62,534 nt of DNA, filler included, from Limisphaerales bacterium (GCA_044225505.1; 9 parts of 9 records of this genome joined end to end with filler, not necessarily neighbours in it); one strand, 5' to 3'. Shown: positions 10,184-20,418, counted from the first letter of the whole stretch. A program made the numbers and translations. Notes: generated by a model not told the origin, from the sequence alone.

Positions 10184-11095
10184 CTAGCGCCAGGTCGGCG
10201 AACGAATCTCTACCTGTTTTGCGCCGAAAGGTTGAATCTTGCGCGCCACCTTCGTGGCCACGTTGGAGACCGTCAGTTCGCTTTTCCCGCTCGCATTCGA
10301 GACATAGGCGATTTCCTTGCCGTCCGGCGACCAAACGGGACTCGTCTTACCGCCAGGCCCGGACGTGATCTGCACCGGTGCGGCCTTTCCGTCGGCGTCC
10401 GCAACCCAAATATCCACGGTTCCCGACCGGTCCGAAGAAAACGCGAGTTGCTTCCCATCCGGCGACCAAGCCGGACGCGTATCCTGCGCGCTTCCGTGGA
10501 ATAGTTGCCGCGGCTTCCCCGTTTGGAGGGACACGACCCAAAGTTGCTGAGTCATCGTCGCGCCGAACCCAGGCAGCAGGGTCGCTAGGCTCGACATGTA
10601 TGCCAGTTGAGAACCGTCCGGCGAAACCGCAGGGTAATCCTGCGAGCCCGTCTGATTGACGAGCAGGCTGTACTTGCCGTCCTCGAAAGAATGCGTGTGG
10701 ATGTCACCGTCTTCGCGCGGGGGAGTGAACGTATAAACGGTGTAGACCAGCCCTTTGCCCTCCGGCATCCAGGATGGATAGCCGTAGTGACCGTTTGAGA
10801 ATTTGGCACCCAGCTTGCGAGTCGCCTTCGACGATAGCTCCATCAGCCAAAGTGCGCCGTCACTGGTTACGTAAGCCAGCTTCTTTCCATCCGGCGATAG
10901 GGCAGGCGCGCGTTCATCGATTGCACTCTTGGTCAATTGCTCCGGCGACCGTCCGGCGCGATAGAGATACAAGTCCCAATCGCCGGAAACATTGGCGCCG
11001 AACACCATCGTGCCCTGAATGTCCTGCGCCAGGGCGAATCCAGCACTCATCGCCGCTATCGGCAGAAGCGCTTTAAGTCGCAACGCGGATCTCAC
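10184..11095 (-). CDS. TolB-like PD40 beta-propeller protein, secreted
   Basis: Signal peptide; repeated P(A/V)(W/V/L)SPDG motifs; GTG start overlaps the upstream TGA. Confidence 0.88.
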   Translation of the reverse strand: MRSALRLKALLPIAAMSAGFALAQDIQGTMVFGANVSGDWDLYLYRAGRSPEQLTKSAIDERAPALSPDGKKLAYVTSDGALWLMELSSKATRKLGAKFSNGHYGYPSWMPEGKGLVYTVYTFTPPREDGDIHTHSFEDGKYSLLVNQTGSQDYPAVSPDGSQLAYMSSLATLLPGFGATMTQQLWVVSLQTGKPRQLFHGSAQDTRPAWSPDGKQLAFSSDRSGTVDIWVADADGKAAPVQITSGPGGKTSPVWSPDGKEIAYVSNASGKSELTVSNVATKVARKIQPFGAKQVEIRSPTWR

Positions 11096-12216
11096 TCCAG
11101 TCCTCCGTCGTACCATTTGTCAATCGCCGCGCGCAGCGCAGGCAAGCATGTCGCCGTCAGCGACTTCCCACAGTGAGTCTCGGCCAGCCCTCTCACCTTT
11201 TCCGCCAAACGGCCCGCCTCGGCGTCCGACGCGAGCATCCACGGCGAGACCTCCGTGAAGTTCGTCATTCTTGCCAGCCTCTCCAGCTTCTCTAGGCGCG
11301 AGTCCTTGTTCAGCTTGCGGGAGTCAATAAGGTACTGCGTAGCCGACTGCAAGCCATGTCGCCGGATGTCCGCTTCCGGGACATCAAAGGGCCGGCCGAA
11401 GCGTAGTTTCTCAAAGGGCTCGATGAAATGAAAAAGCGCGTTAGGCTCGGCGAAACGCTGGGTTGCCCAGATTACCAGGATGCGGTCCGGCTCAGGGACG
11501 TTCCAGGTTGTGTAGAGCTCCCGCCCGACGTAGGGAGGAGGTGATGCCGGGACCTTCTGCGCGTACCGGCTGCTAAAATCCCACGACATCGCGGCCAACG
11601 CCAGCGGAACGCCAATGGCGGCTGCCGCGAAAGCAGGAACAGGATTCTTGATTCTGTCCCAATACTTCAGCCCCAACCACAACACCAGCCCGTAGACCGC
11701 GTGCGATCCAATCGTGATCGCGAGGAATCGCGCGTCACGTTGGTAGCCAAATACCTCCGCATACGGCGTCAGCAGCATCATGGCTTCTAGCAACAGGCCC
11801 CACAGGACACCAGTGATGGGCCCCGGCTTCGGCATCAGAGCTGCGTACATTAGCGCAAAGCTCACGCCGTTCGAAAGGTGGTAAACCCAGCCGAGCGCCT
11901 CGCTCGCTGCAGTCGGGCGTTCCACACCAAGCAGCGTAGTTCCGAAATAGGAAATTGCCTTGAAGACCGGCACGCCGGAATGAACGATGGGAACGCGGAC
12001 CAAATCGTAGAACAGGGTCGCCAGGAGACCCGCCCAAATTCCAGAGACGACCAGTTTCCGCCATTCAGAACGCCGGGCTAACATCGCGAGCGCCACGACT
12101 TCGCCCACCAACAGGATCGTAGCCAACCGCGCGAAGCTGGCGATACCGAAAAAATACAGCAACAGGGACCCGATGGAAAGGCTGGCGGCCGAGAAGACCC
12201 AGAACCGAGTCACCAT
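11092..12216 (-). CDS. Multi-TM membrane protein fused to a ChrB C-terminal-like domain
   Basis: About 7 TM segments, then YTTWNVPEPDRILVIWATQRFAEPNALFHF...PFDVPEA, similar to the ChrB WxTR..DR...WLI.RF.D..A.F...PFD pattern. Confidence 0.65.
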   Translation of the reverse strand: MVTRFWVFSAASLSIGSLLLYFFGIASFARLATILLVGEVVALAMLARRSEWRKLVVSGIWAGLLATLFYDLVRVPIVHSGVPVFKAISYFGTTLLGVERPTAASEALGWVYHLSNGVSFALMYAALMPKPGPITGVLWGLLLEAMMLLTPYAEVFGYQRDARFLAITIGSHAVYGLVLWLGLKYWDRIKNPVPAFAAAAIGVPLALAAMSWDFSSRYAQKVPASPPPYVGRELYTTWNVPEPDRILVIWATQRFAEPNALFHFIEPFEKLRFGRPFDVPEADIRRHGLQSATQYLIDSRKLNKDSRLEKLERLARMTNFTEVSPWMLASDAEAGRLAEKVRGLAETHCGKSLTATCLPALRAAIDKWYDGGLE

Positions 12217-12222
12217 CGCGGC

Positions 12223-12381
12223 CTACTTCACAACCTTGAACTTTCGACTACCGATTCCTACCTGATCGCCAAAAGTAACCACATTTACCGTTAGCACGTG
12301 CTCTCCCGCGGGAAGGTCAGCCACCTCCAGCGGATAGCGAAACGGCAAATAGCCACGCTCTTCTTCCGAGTAAAACTGAAG
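12223..12381 (-). CDS. C-terminus of a hypothetical Ig-like protein (partial)
   Basis: LQFYSEEERGYLPFRYPLEVADLPAGEHVLTVNVVTFGDQVGIGSRKFKVVK*, stop 6 bp before the next ATG. Confidence 0.6.
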   Translation of the reverse strand, partial: LQFYSEEERGYLPFRYPLEVADLPAGEHVLTVNVVTFGDQVGIGSRKFKVVK

Positions 12382-12481
12382 NNNNNNNNNNNNNNNNNNN
12401 NNNNNNNNNNNNNNNNNNNNNNNNNTTAATTAATTAANNNNNNNNNNNNNNNNNNNNNNNNNNNNNNNNNNNNNNNNNNNN
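12382..12481. other. Artificial contig linker
   Basis: N44-TTAATTAATTAA-N44. Confidence 0.99.
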
Positions 12482-12483
12482 CG

Positions 12484-12858
12484 ATAGTCGCCGCCGCCCA
12501 AAGCACGACCTCATTCGTGCCGCCGCTCGGCAACGATAAGTCGAAGGTACTCACCCTGAATCTCCGCAACCGGATGATATTCCGCGCCGCCGACGAGGCC
12601 GATGCAGTCCAGGCCGCCGATTTTCTCGGCAAGAAGCGTGTCGTAAAGCGTTCTTGGGGCTTTAGCGCCGGAAAGCGCAATGTCAACTACTCCGAAACCG
12701 AGGAGCACAAAATCAAACCCCACAAGCTCCGCAACCTTCGCGACCACGAGTGCGTGTTGGTCCACTGTCAGCGCGGATTTCGTCGCTTGACGCTGCCACC
12801 GCTTGAGTCCGATGGAACCATCGCCAAATGGTTTCGAAGCTGGCGGGTTCTATGGTAA
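12484..12858 (+). CDS. C-terminus of a VirD4/TraG-like type IV coupling protein (TraM-recognition-type domain), partial
   Basis: IVAAAQSTTSF...LNLRNRMIFRAADEADAVQAADFLGKK...SETEEHKIKPHKLRNLRDHECVL matches the T4CP C-terminal pattern. Confidence 0.7.
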   Translation: MVAAAQSTTSFVPPLGNDKSKVLTLNLRNRMIFRAADEADAVQAADFLGKKRVVKRSWGFSAGKRNVNYSETEEHKIKPHKLRNLRDHECVLVHCQRGFRRLTLPPLESDGTIAKWFRSWRVLW

Positions 12859-13418
12859 TTACTCAGCAGCTTCCGAACTGCTCGTAGGCGACTTGGTACG
12901 GCTGGCGGCGGAACGACCTGACTGAACGATTGCCGCTCTTCGGCGGCGTCCGTCTCTGTCGCATCCACGTTTGGTTTCAGCTTCGGATCGTTAGGTCTTT
13001 TGCCATCATCGGCTTGGCGCCAACGGCTTAAGCCGCCAGCACCATCCCTTACTGGGCACGAGCAGATTCTTGAGATATGCCGCCAAGGATGCACAACGTC
13101 TTCAATCCGAGTCCATTCCGAGAAAGGATCGACCATTTTCTCAATTTGTTCCGAGCAATCCACCAACACAACCGCGCTGTTGATGCCCAACATGCAGACA
13201 TGCAGCGCACGGGTGAAAGAGCCGTCCAACGCGTCACGCAGAGCATTGAGCAAGTCGCAGAACATCCCCGCTTGCTTTAATCTTCCGTAGCCCAAAACAG
13301 AATTCGTTGCCAGGCCGGCCTGATCCTGCAGTTCTCCGCCGTTGTTGCCAACCTGGATGACACGGATTAGATGACGGACTTCTTCCTCGAAATCCTCATG
13401 GCTGCCGACCGTGTCCAT
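12768..13418 (-). CDS. Hypothetical protein
   Basis: 216-aa ORF with ATG start; 3' end overlaps the convergent T4CP by about 90 bp; no recognisable motif. Confidence 0.35.
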   Translation of the reverse strand: MDTVGSHEDFEEEVRHLIRVIQVGNNGGELQDQAGLATNSVLGYGRLKQAGMFCDLLNALRDALDGSFTRALHVCMLGINSAVVLVDCSEQIEKMVDPFSEWTRIEDVVHPWRHISRICSCPVRDGAGGLSRWRQADDGKRPNDPKLKPNVDATETDAAEERQSFSQVVPPPAVPSRLRAVRKLLSNYHRTRQLRNHLAMVPSDSSGGSVKRRNPR

Positions 13419-13663
13419 TATTCAACCCGAATCAAGCCTTTCAGGCGAAGCCGAATGCGGTGCGCGGCGACTTTGGGCTGAGAAACCGTGCACGATGTCC
13501 TCTGCTTCAGCCTCGCTCTGGTCGCGCGGCCTGCAACCAGCGAATCATCGGTTGGTGGTAGGCTTGGCACAGCGCGTTGAGGGCTGCCTCGGACTCGTCA
13601 CGAGCCCGGGTTTGCACAATTCCTTGAAGGCAGGAAACAACCGTAGGGTTTCTCCTGAGCTTG

Positions 13664-14002
13664 TCAATGGATTCCTGCTAATCGGGGTAGTCGATCGGAC
13701 AGCGGTACGAGGAAATGAACGTGGCAATCGGAGTTGAGAATCTGGTGTTGGTAGCCTTGGGCGGTCAGCTCGCCCTCAAATTCCAGAATCCTGTCCATAT
13801 CCCTCAGGTCGAAGGTGATCACTTTTCTCTCACGGATCAGAGTTACCAAATCCCCCCTCCAGCGGATTGTATCCGTACTAACGGAGTGACAGGAGCATCC
13901 AGGCGCCGCTTGGATGAGTTTGGTCTCCAAACAGCACCGTCTTTGGATAGTGCCGAGGGCGGAAATAGACGCCTCGGACCGGAATCTCTTCTCGTCTTCC
14001 AT
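13664..14002 (-). CDS. Hypothetical protein
   Basis: ATG preceded by AAAGGAAA; 112 aa; no motif. Confidence 0.35.
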   Translation of the reverse strand: MEDEKRFRSEASISALGTIQRRCCLETKLIQAAPGCSCHSVSTDTIRWRGDLVTLIRERKVITFDLRDMDRILEFEGELTAQGYQHQILNSDCHVHFLVPLSDRLPRLAGIH

Positions 14003-14184
14003 TTTCCTTTGAATCTTGGGGGGCGACACCAGCGCTCGCCCTGCCCAATACGGGCGGATGGTCAAGGTTCACGTGATCCTCCGCTCGATGTGACCAATCG
14101 CACACCCATTGCCTATTAAGCGTACGGCGCTTTGCAAGTCAAATCATCACGCATGCGTGATGACCATTCTGCCAGGCTGACCAC

Positions 14185-14397
14185 GTGCAACGAAGTCTCG
14201 ATCGACAGCTCGCCCGCTACCTGCGCGCGGCGCGAGGGAGTCTGTCGTACGCGGATTTCGCAAAGAAGGCGGGAGTTTCGTACACGACCCTCCATCGCAT
14301 CGAACGAGGGGAGCACCACATAACCCTGGATAAGCTGGAGACAATTCTGCGCAAACTCAAGGTCAAGCTCCGCGACGTATTCCCCGACGATTACTGA
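14185..14397 (+). CDS. Xre/Cro-family HTH transcriptional regulator
   Basis: LRAARGSLSYADFAKKAGVSYTTLHRIERGEHHITLDKLETI. Confidence 0.85.
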   Translation: MQRSLDRQLARYLRAARGSLSYADFAKKAGVSYTTLHRIERGEHHITLDKLETILRKLKVKLRDVFPDDY

Positions 14398-14691
14398 TCT
14401 CCGGTCGCTGTCAGCCTCGAGAGCAGCGCTGTCTTCTTGCACTCTTCAGATCACGCGCACCCAAGGGGATTGGACAGTTCTCGACCGTCGAAACAAATGC
14501 CGCGCTCTGAGTGGCGCTGGCCCATGTCGGCACTAACATCGTAGTGGCGCTTGGTATTGACGCCGGCCGACGAACGCCTACTCTGAAGGCGCATTCCCAA
14601 AGCAAATGAGCCGTTGGGTTCAAAACCAGGGAATTCTCTGAAGGCCATTGCGGCTGAGCGGCAGCAGTGATAGTCCGTAGTTGCCTCATTT

Positions 14692-15942
14692 ATGAGCTGG
14701 CGCTTTCGACGGTCCTTTAAGGTGATTCCGGGATTGAAACTGAATCTCTCTAAGAGTGGTTTGAGCCTAAGTATCGGTGGCGCTCCCTTCACCCTGAACG
14801 TCGGACGGAAGGGCGCCTACACCACCTCTTCAATTCCTGGAACGGGGCTTTCCTTTCGCCAGCGCGTAAGCGGCAAATCCGATGCATCACGAAGCTGGCC
14901 TCCCTCGCCGGTGATAACGCGAGTCCTACCTCAGGTCCCGAGACCGGAGCTCCACTCTTCTCGGCCCGGTGGGCCAATTCAAGAGATTCGGAGTGCCTCC
15001 AGCGACATCCTGACCAGCAAAAGCCTCGTTGACCTGAAGGAGCTCATCCAAACGACCCATGAAGAGCGAGAGGGAATTCGGGCTGACCTAATCCGAGCCA
15101 AGGATCAAGAGGACGGCGCCAGGCCTCGATATCTCTCCTGGGAGCAAGGATGGCTGCTAAAACGGCTCCTTAGGAAATCGTTTCTGCGGCGCAAAGAGAT
15201 GGCTGACATGGCCTCTGCAAAGATCGAAGAACTTGAGGAACAGCTTCAATTGACAAGCGTTAACACTTTTGCAGAACTCTCGGACGAGCAATCGCAACGA
15301 TACATTCGAATGCGAGATGATTTCTCGAAGCTCGCAGGCTGTGGCGCAATATGGGACTTAACTTCACAAGAGACCGTTGACAACGCCCGTGAGCGGACAT
15401 CGGTTGGGGTGCGGATCAGTCGGAAGCTTGTGAAATTCTCATTGGGTAGCTCGGAGCTGATTCAATGGGAGCAAGAGGTGCCGCATCTCGAAAATGCCAA
15501 CGGTGGAGATCTGTATCTTTACCCCGGGTTCATTCTTTATCGGGGGCCGGAGAACGCTTTCGCGGTCATCGCTTATCATGATCTTGAAGTCACCGCCGTC
15601 GGCTTCCGATGTCAGAGCGACGAGGAAGTGCCGAGTGACGCGAAGATCGTCGGCCGCACTTGGGTCAAGGTCAATAAGGACGGAACTCCCGACCGCCGCT
15701 TCGTGAACAACCGTGAGATCCCAATTGCATTCTACGGCGAACTGACCCTCAAGACCGAGGCTGGTCTTTGGGAATCGTATCAATTCTCGAATCCCGAGGC
15801 GCTTGAGCGGTTCGTAACGTCGTGGAGGGATTTCGTAATGTGCTTCGACAACCAAACCTCCTGCGTCCAGCTAAACGAGGAGACCGGCGACCAACCGGGC
15901 CGAGCACTGGGACCGAGTGTTGATTCAGTAGCGAACGATTAA
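14692..15942 (+). CDS. DUF4236 domain-containing protein
   Basis: N-terminal MSWRFRRSFKVIPGLKLNLSKSGLSLSIG...IPGTGLSFR; coiled coil; C-terminal WVKVNKDGTPDRRF motif. Confidence 0.85.
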   Translation: MSWRFRRSFKVIPGLKLNLSKSGLSLSIGGAPFTLNVGRKGAYTTSSIPGTGLSFRQRVSGKSDASRSWPPSPVITRVLPQVPRPELHSSRPGGPIQEIRSASSDILTSKSLVDLKELIQTTHEEREGIRADLIRAKDQEDGARPRYLSWEQGWLLKRLLRKSFLRRKEMADMASAKIEELEEQLQLTSVNTFAELSDEQSQRYIRMRDDFSKLAGCGAIWDLTSQETVDNARERTSVGVRISRKLVKFSLGSSELIQWEQEVPHLENANGGDLYLYPGFILYRGPENAFAVIAYHDLEVTAVGFRCQSDEEVPSDAKIVGRTWVKVNKDGTPDRRFVNNREIPIAFYGELTLKTEAGLWESYQFSNPEALERFVTSWRDFVMCFDNQTSCVQLNEETGDQPGRALGPSVDSVAND

Positions 15943-16440
15943 TATGCACCGCCCGAGCGCGTGGCTAACCGCGAACCTCAACCACATCCCCACTGACGGC
16001 CAGGAAGCCTCTCGCCGGACAACGCGATGAAAACGGGCACGATTTTATGGCGGCGTCAGTCGCGTCAAGGTAGTGCGTCCCCTCTGCTCCCGCCTCCACC
16101 TTGACCCGCCCGCCGCCGCCTGGGACTTTGCGCTTAGGTTTTCATCGCTGGAACTGTCGCTGTGCGACCTCGGAGAACCAACCCCGGACGCTTTGCTGGG
16201 CAAACAATTCCGTTCGGTCATACTTGCCGATTCAACAGCACTGAAAAGAGCACCGCCTCATCGTGCTGAATTCGCTGGTTTTGCGCAGCGAATGGTTCTT
16301 TAATGACGAATACGGAAGGACGGTCGGGACGCAGGTCAAATGCTTGTGAGCGAGCGGTGGAAACCACCGTCCAACGACATCTTTTATCGGACCGGATTGG
16401 TTCGCGAGGAGATCCCCTTGCGAAGCGGTCATAGGTACGG

Positions 16441-16540
16441 NNNNNNNNNNNNNNNNNNNNNNNNNNNNNNNNNNNNNNNNNNNNTTAATTAATTAANNNN
16501 NNNNNNNNNNNNNNNNNNNNNNNNNNNNNNNNNNNNNNNN
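16441..16540. other. Artificial contig linker
   Basis: N44-TTAATTAATTAA-N44. Confidence 0.99.
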
Positions 16541-16641
16541 TCTCTTCCTTTGTGCCCAAGGCGGCTGTGAATATCCGAGCGATCCGAGAGCTGCTCAAGG
16601 AAGCAGGAATTGTCGAACCGCGGTAGACCGGAGGACAGAGA

Positions 16642-17031
16642 CTACCGATGGATTCCGAGGTAATCCGGTAGAGGCGCGAAAACCCCAAGATTCACCAATA
16701 GAACGATCAGCGCGGTGTAGAGCAGCGCCATAAACAAGTCCCAAAGGAGCTTTTTCTTGGAATAGACCGAGCCTTCTTTTCGGAAAAGCGACGCGCCGCC
16801 CCATTGCATGAGCATGAGCCCGGCCACGTTGGTCAGCCAATAGCCGAGCACGAAGCTGGTTGCAAAGGCGGGAGGCCAAAACCAGCTGATGGCCCACGCA
16901 AAGCCCAGAGCCAGAGGCACATTGACGAGCAGATCGTTCCACCAGGAGAGGGGCGACAATAAAAACCCGATCGTCGCGATAATCGCGCCGAGGCTGCGAC
17001 GGACGATGGGTGAAGGGCCCGGATTGTTCAC
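16642..17031 (-). CDS. Conserved small membrane protein
   Basis: IGFLLSPLSWWNDLLVNVPLA...GYWLTNVAGL; 3-4 TM segments; start uncertain. Confidence 0.7.
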   Translation of the reverse strand: MNNPGPSPIVRRSLGAIIATIGFLLSPLSWWNDLLVNVPLALGFAWAISWFWPPAFATSFVLGYWLTNVAGLMLMQWGGASLFRKEGSVYSKKKLLWDLFMALLYTALIVLLVNLGVFAPLPDYLGIHR

Positions 17032-17394
17032 TGAACCGCCAACCTTGCGCTCGCCAGCGGCGCAAGTCAATGAACCTATCAGGTGCGTGAGGCGTTCACA
17101 GGGTGCGGCGTGCGGCCGTAACAGGGTGACACGGACTGCGAACAGCACAATGCTATGGCCGCAACCGCGCCCCGGGGTGGAGGGCCGCGGCGCAGCGTTC
17201 GATGGAACTCACGTTTCCTACGACTAATCTCTCTAACCCGTTTGCAAAAGTGTTGTTAATTCACGTTGACCTTCGGTATTCTCGCCCCAAGCCGATGACG
17301 ACCGACGCAAATTGCCCGGCTCAGCGTCCGAAAAAACAGTGGCGCCCGACTTGTGCAGCCTCGGGCAACACGGCGTCCTCTGGAGATCAAAATC

Positions 17395-18714
17395 ATGAAC
17401 CCCACCCTTGAATCCCACGCGCTCGGCACAAGCTCACGGCGCGAGTTTTTGAAACTGACAACCACAGCCGCAGCTGCGGCCACCCTCGGCACGGTCGAAC
17501 TCGCCCGCTCGGCGCACGCTGCGGGGTCCGACACGCTCCGCGTTGGAATGGTGGGCTGCGGAGGACGGAATGCAGGCGCGGCGGTGCAAGCCTTGAAAGC
17601 AGACCCTGGCGCCCGGTTGGTCGCTATGGGGGATATCTTTCTCGATCGTGTCAAAGCCAAGCGGCAAGAAATCAAAGAGAATCGCCCCGACCAGGTTTCG
17701 GTGAGCGACGATCAATGTTTTACAGGTTTCGATGCTTACAAACAAGTGATCGAGCGTTGCGACGTGGTGTTGATCGCCAACGCAGCGAAGTTCCACCCAC
17801 TGCACAGCTGGACGGCCATTCAAGCGGGCAAACACGTCTTCGTGGAGAAGCCTCACGGGATTGACCCGGCGGGGCTCCGAGTGATGCAGCAGGCGGTGGA
17901 TCTCGCCAAGCAGAAGGGCCTGAGCGTGGCGTCGGGATTGCACAGTCGCCACCACCCTGGGTACGCCGAAACGATTCAGCGAATTCATGACGGCGCGATC
18001 GGTGAGATCGTGACGATCGAGGAGAACTTTTTGAGGGCCCCTTACGGAGTGATTGCTCGCAACCCGGCATTGAGTGAGATTCAGTGGCAATGCAGCACGC
18101 AGTATCATTTCGTCTGGCTTTCGGGTGATGACGTAGTTCAGTCGCTGGTCCACAATCTAGATCGAGCGAACTGGGCTATGGGTGGCCAGGTGCCAGTGAA
18201 GTGCCATGGGTTGGGTGGACGGTCCGCGATGTTTGAAGGGATCTATGGCAACGTATTCGATCATCACTCCGTCGTTTACGAATACGAAAATGGGGTGCGC
18301 ATCTATGCGCTCTGTCGCACGACCACGGGGTGCTATGACGAGTCCTCCAGTTTGATCTTCGGATCCAAAGGGCGAGCCAACGTCACGTCGTGTCGGATTT
18401 GGGGGGAGAAACCGTGGCGCTGGCAAGGGAGCGGGGACCCCTATCAGATTGAGCACGACAAGTTGTTCGCCGGCATCCGGAGCGGGAAACCAGTGAACAA
18501 CGGCGATTACATGGTTCGAAGCACTCTCACCGCTGTAATGGGCCAACTCTCCTGTTACACTGGAAAAGAGGTGACTTGGAGCCAAATGCAAGATTCGAAC
18601 TTCGCTTTCGCTCCGAAGCCGGAGGAATGCCACGATGGCATGGCCGCGCCGGTCTGCCCGGATCGGGAAGGGAGTTACCCCGTCTACGTTCCAGGGAAGA
18701 CGGTCTTACTGTAA
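17395..18714 (+). CDS. Tat-exported Gfo/Idh/MocA oxidoreductase
   Basis: SRREFLK twin-arginine signal; VGCGGR; AGKHVFVEKP; DDVVQSLVHNLD. Confidence 0.92.
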   Translation: MNPTLESHALGTSSRREFLKLTTTAAAAATLGTVELARSAHAAGSDTLRVGMVGCGGRNAGAAVQALKADPGARLVAMGDIFLDRVKAKRQEIKENRPDQVSVSDDQCFTGFDAYKQVIERCDVVLIANAAKFHPLHSWTAIQAGKHVFVEKPHGIDPAGLRVMQQAVDLAKQKGLSVASGLHSRHHPGYAETIQRIHDGAIGEIVTIEENFLRAPYGVIARNPALSEIQWQCSTQYHFVWLSGDDVVQSLVHNLDRANWAMGGQVPVKCHGLGGRSAMFEGIYGNVFDHHSVVYEYENGVRIYALCRTTTGCYDESSSLIFGSKGRANVTSCRIWGEKPWRWQGSGDPYQIEHDKLFAGIRSGKPVNNGDYMVRSTLTAVMGQLSCYTGKEVTWSQMQDSNFAFAPKPEECHDGMAAPVCPDREGSYPVYVPGKTVLL

Positions 18715-18842
18715 ACGGAACTACGAGCGACGTTGGCGGGTCCACTTGTAGCACGACGCGGATCGTTCGTTGATGGTTCGTGCCACGCCAACTCTCGAAG
18801 CAACTCGACGTCGAACCCGCCGCGGTGGCGAAGTTCACTCGA

Positions 18843-19595
18843 CTAGGAATCGCGGTAGGAAGGCAGGATAGGCGGACGGTCGCTCTCGGGAGTCGATCTC
18901 CCGGGATAGGCCGGTCTGCGAGTAAACTCGCGGATGCGCAACACGCTACAGAGCAAAGCGCCAAAGACGAAACCGCCGGCGTGCGCCCACCAGGCAATGC
19001 CACCCAAGTGAGCCGATTGCATCAAACTGAGCGTTCCGTTGAAGAACTGGAGGATGAACCACCAACCTAGAAAGACGACTGCGGGCACCACAAAGAACGG
19101 ACCCAAGAAAAACGGTGGGACGAGCATTGCCACATTGGCTCTTGGGTAGAGGAGAAAATAGGCCCCCATAACCGCCGCCACCGCGCCGCTTGCGCCAATG
19201 GTCGGGAGCGTAGAACTGGCATTAGTGAAAATATGAACCAGAGCTGCGACGACTCCACCGACGAGGTAAAGGAACCCATATCGCACGTGGCCCAATCGAT
19301 CTTCCACGTTATCGCCAAAAATCCAAAGCGACCACATGTTTCCCAACAGATGAATCCAACCGCCATGGAGAAACATGGAGCTAAATAAAGGGAGCAGCTG
19401 TTCGCCCGGGCCAAACAACGCCGACACCTCCGGAATGGTGTATCGCGCTGGGATCACGCTAAAATAAAGCAAGAGGGTATCGAGATTATTGCCCACGCCC
19501 AGCTCGGCAAGAAAGACGAAGGCGTTGAGCAGGATGACCGCAACGGTGACCACCGGAAAACGACTACTGGGGATGTCGTCGCGAAGAGGAAACAT
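18843..19595 (-). CDS. Rhomboid family intramembrane serine protease
   Basis: SMFLHGGWIHLLGNM, IGASGA (catalytic Ser), AWWAHAGGF (His). Confidence 0.93.
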   Translation of the reverse strand: MFPLRDDIPSSRFPVVTVAVILLNAFVFLAELGVGNNLDTLLLYFSVIPARYTIPEVSALFGPGEQLLPLFSSMFLHGGWIHLLGNMWSLWIFGDNVEDRLGHVRYGFLYLVGGVVAALVHIFTNASSTLPTIGASGAVAAVMGAYFLLYPRANVAMLVPPFFLGPFFVVPAVVFLGWWFILQFFNGTLSLMQSAHLGGIAWWAHAGGFVFGALLCSVLRIREFTRRPAYPGRSTPESDRPPILPSYRDS

Positions 19596-19606
19596 GCAAG
19601 TGGGCC

Positions 19607-19936
19607 TCAGGTTCCGCGGAGGAATCGCAACTCTCGCCGCAACGATTCCACTTCATCCAGTAAACCAAAGACTAATTTAACCCCGGCGACGTCCATTCCA
19701 TGGCTCTGACGGAGCGCCTCCGCGCGTCGGACAGACCAAACTGCTTCCGGGGTGAACATTAGAGATCCGTACTCGGACTCGAATATTGACCCGACCAAAC
19801 CCTCTCGACAATAGAGAAGGAAGGTGCGCCGCGAGACGCCTGCCAAGTAAGCGGCGGCATCCAACGAGTAGAGCTGGTTCGCTGCGGGCTCAAACGCCTG
19901 CAATGCTTCGGTGACTAAACTCCCCTGCCCATCCAT
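19607..19936 (-). CDS. cbpM: Chaperone modulator CbpM (MerR-like HTH)
   Basis: Directly downstream of cbpA; MerR-type HTH; GMDVAGVKLVFGLLDEVESLRRELRF. Confidence 0.75.
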   Translation of the reverse strand: MDGQGSLVTEALQAFEPAANQLYSLDAAAYLAGVSRRTFLLYCREGLVGSIFESEYGSLMFTPEAVWSVRRAEALRQSHGMDVAGVKLVFGLLDEVESLRRELRFLRGT

Positions 19937-19940
19937 AGCC

Positions 19941-20417
19941 TTAACTCCGTGCCCGAAATTTGGACTTCTTTGACAGTTCTTCCCACGCCGCCCGCTCCTC
20001 CGCATCTATCTGCGAGGGCACTTCCACGGAAACGACCGCAAAAAGATCGCCGCGCTCGCCGTTGCGGGTTGGCAGCCCGCGCCCGCGCACGCGGAGCTGC
20101 TGTCCCGCGGCTGTGCCAGGGGCAATGCGCAGTGAAATCGATCCTTCCAAGGTCGATATTGATAACGTCGTGCCTAGCACTGCTTCCCACGGTGCAAGTT
20201 CTAGGTCATAATATAAATCAGTTCCGCGAACACGAAAGTCCGGATGCTTGGCCAGGCGGACCCGCAAATAGAGGTCGCCAGGTCCCCCACCCCCGACCCC
20301 AGCTTCTCCCTTTCCCGCAACGCGAATCAGTTGCCCTTCCTGGACGCCTTGAGGAATCTTCACCCGAAAGGTGTGCGTCTCGGTCTTTCCAGTTTGCCGG
20401 TTGGCTTGCTGGAACGA
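19941..20417 (-). CDS. cbpA: DnaJ-class chaperone CbpA, C-terminal part
   Basis: VKIPQGVQEGQLIRVAGKG, GDLYLRV, PWEAVLG and LRVRGRGLP...GDL. Confidence 0.88.
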   Translation of the reverse strand, partial: SFQQANRQTGKTETHTFRVKIPQGVQEGQLIRVAGKGEAGVGGGGPGDLYLRVRLAKHPDFRVRGTDLYYDLELAPWEAVLGTTLSISTLEGSISLRIAPGTAAGQQLRVRGRGLPTRNGERGDLFAVVSVEVPSQIDAEERAAWEELSKKSKFRARS

Positions 20418-20418
20418 A

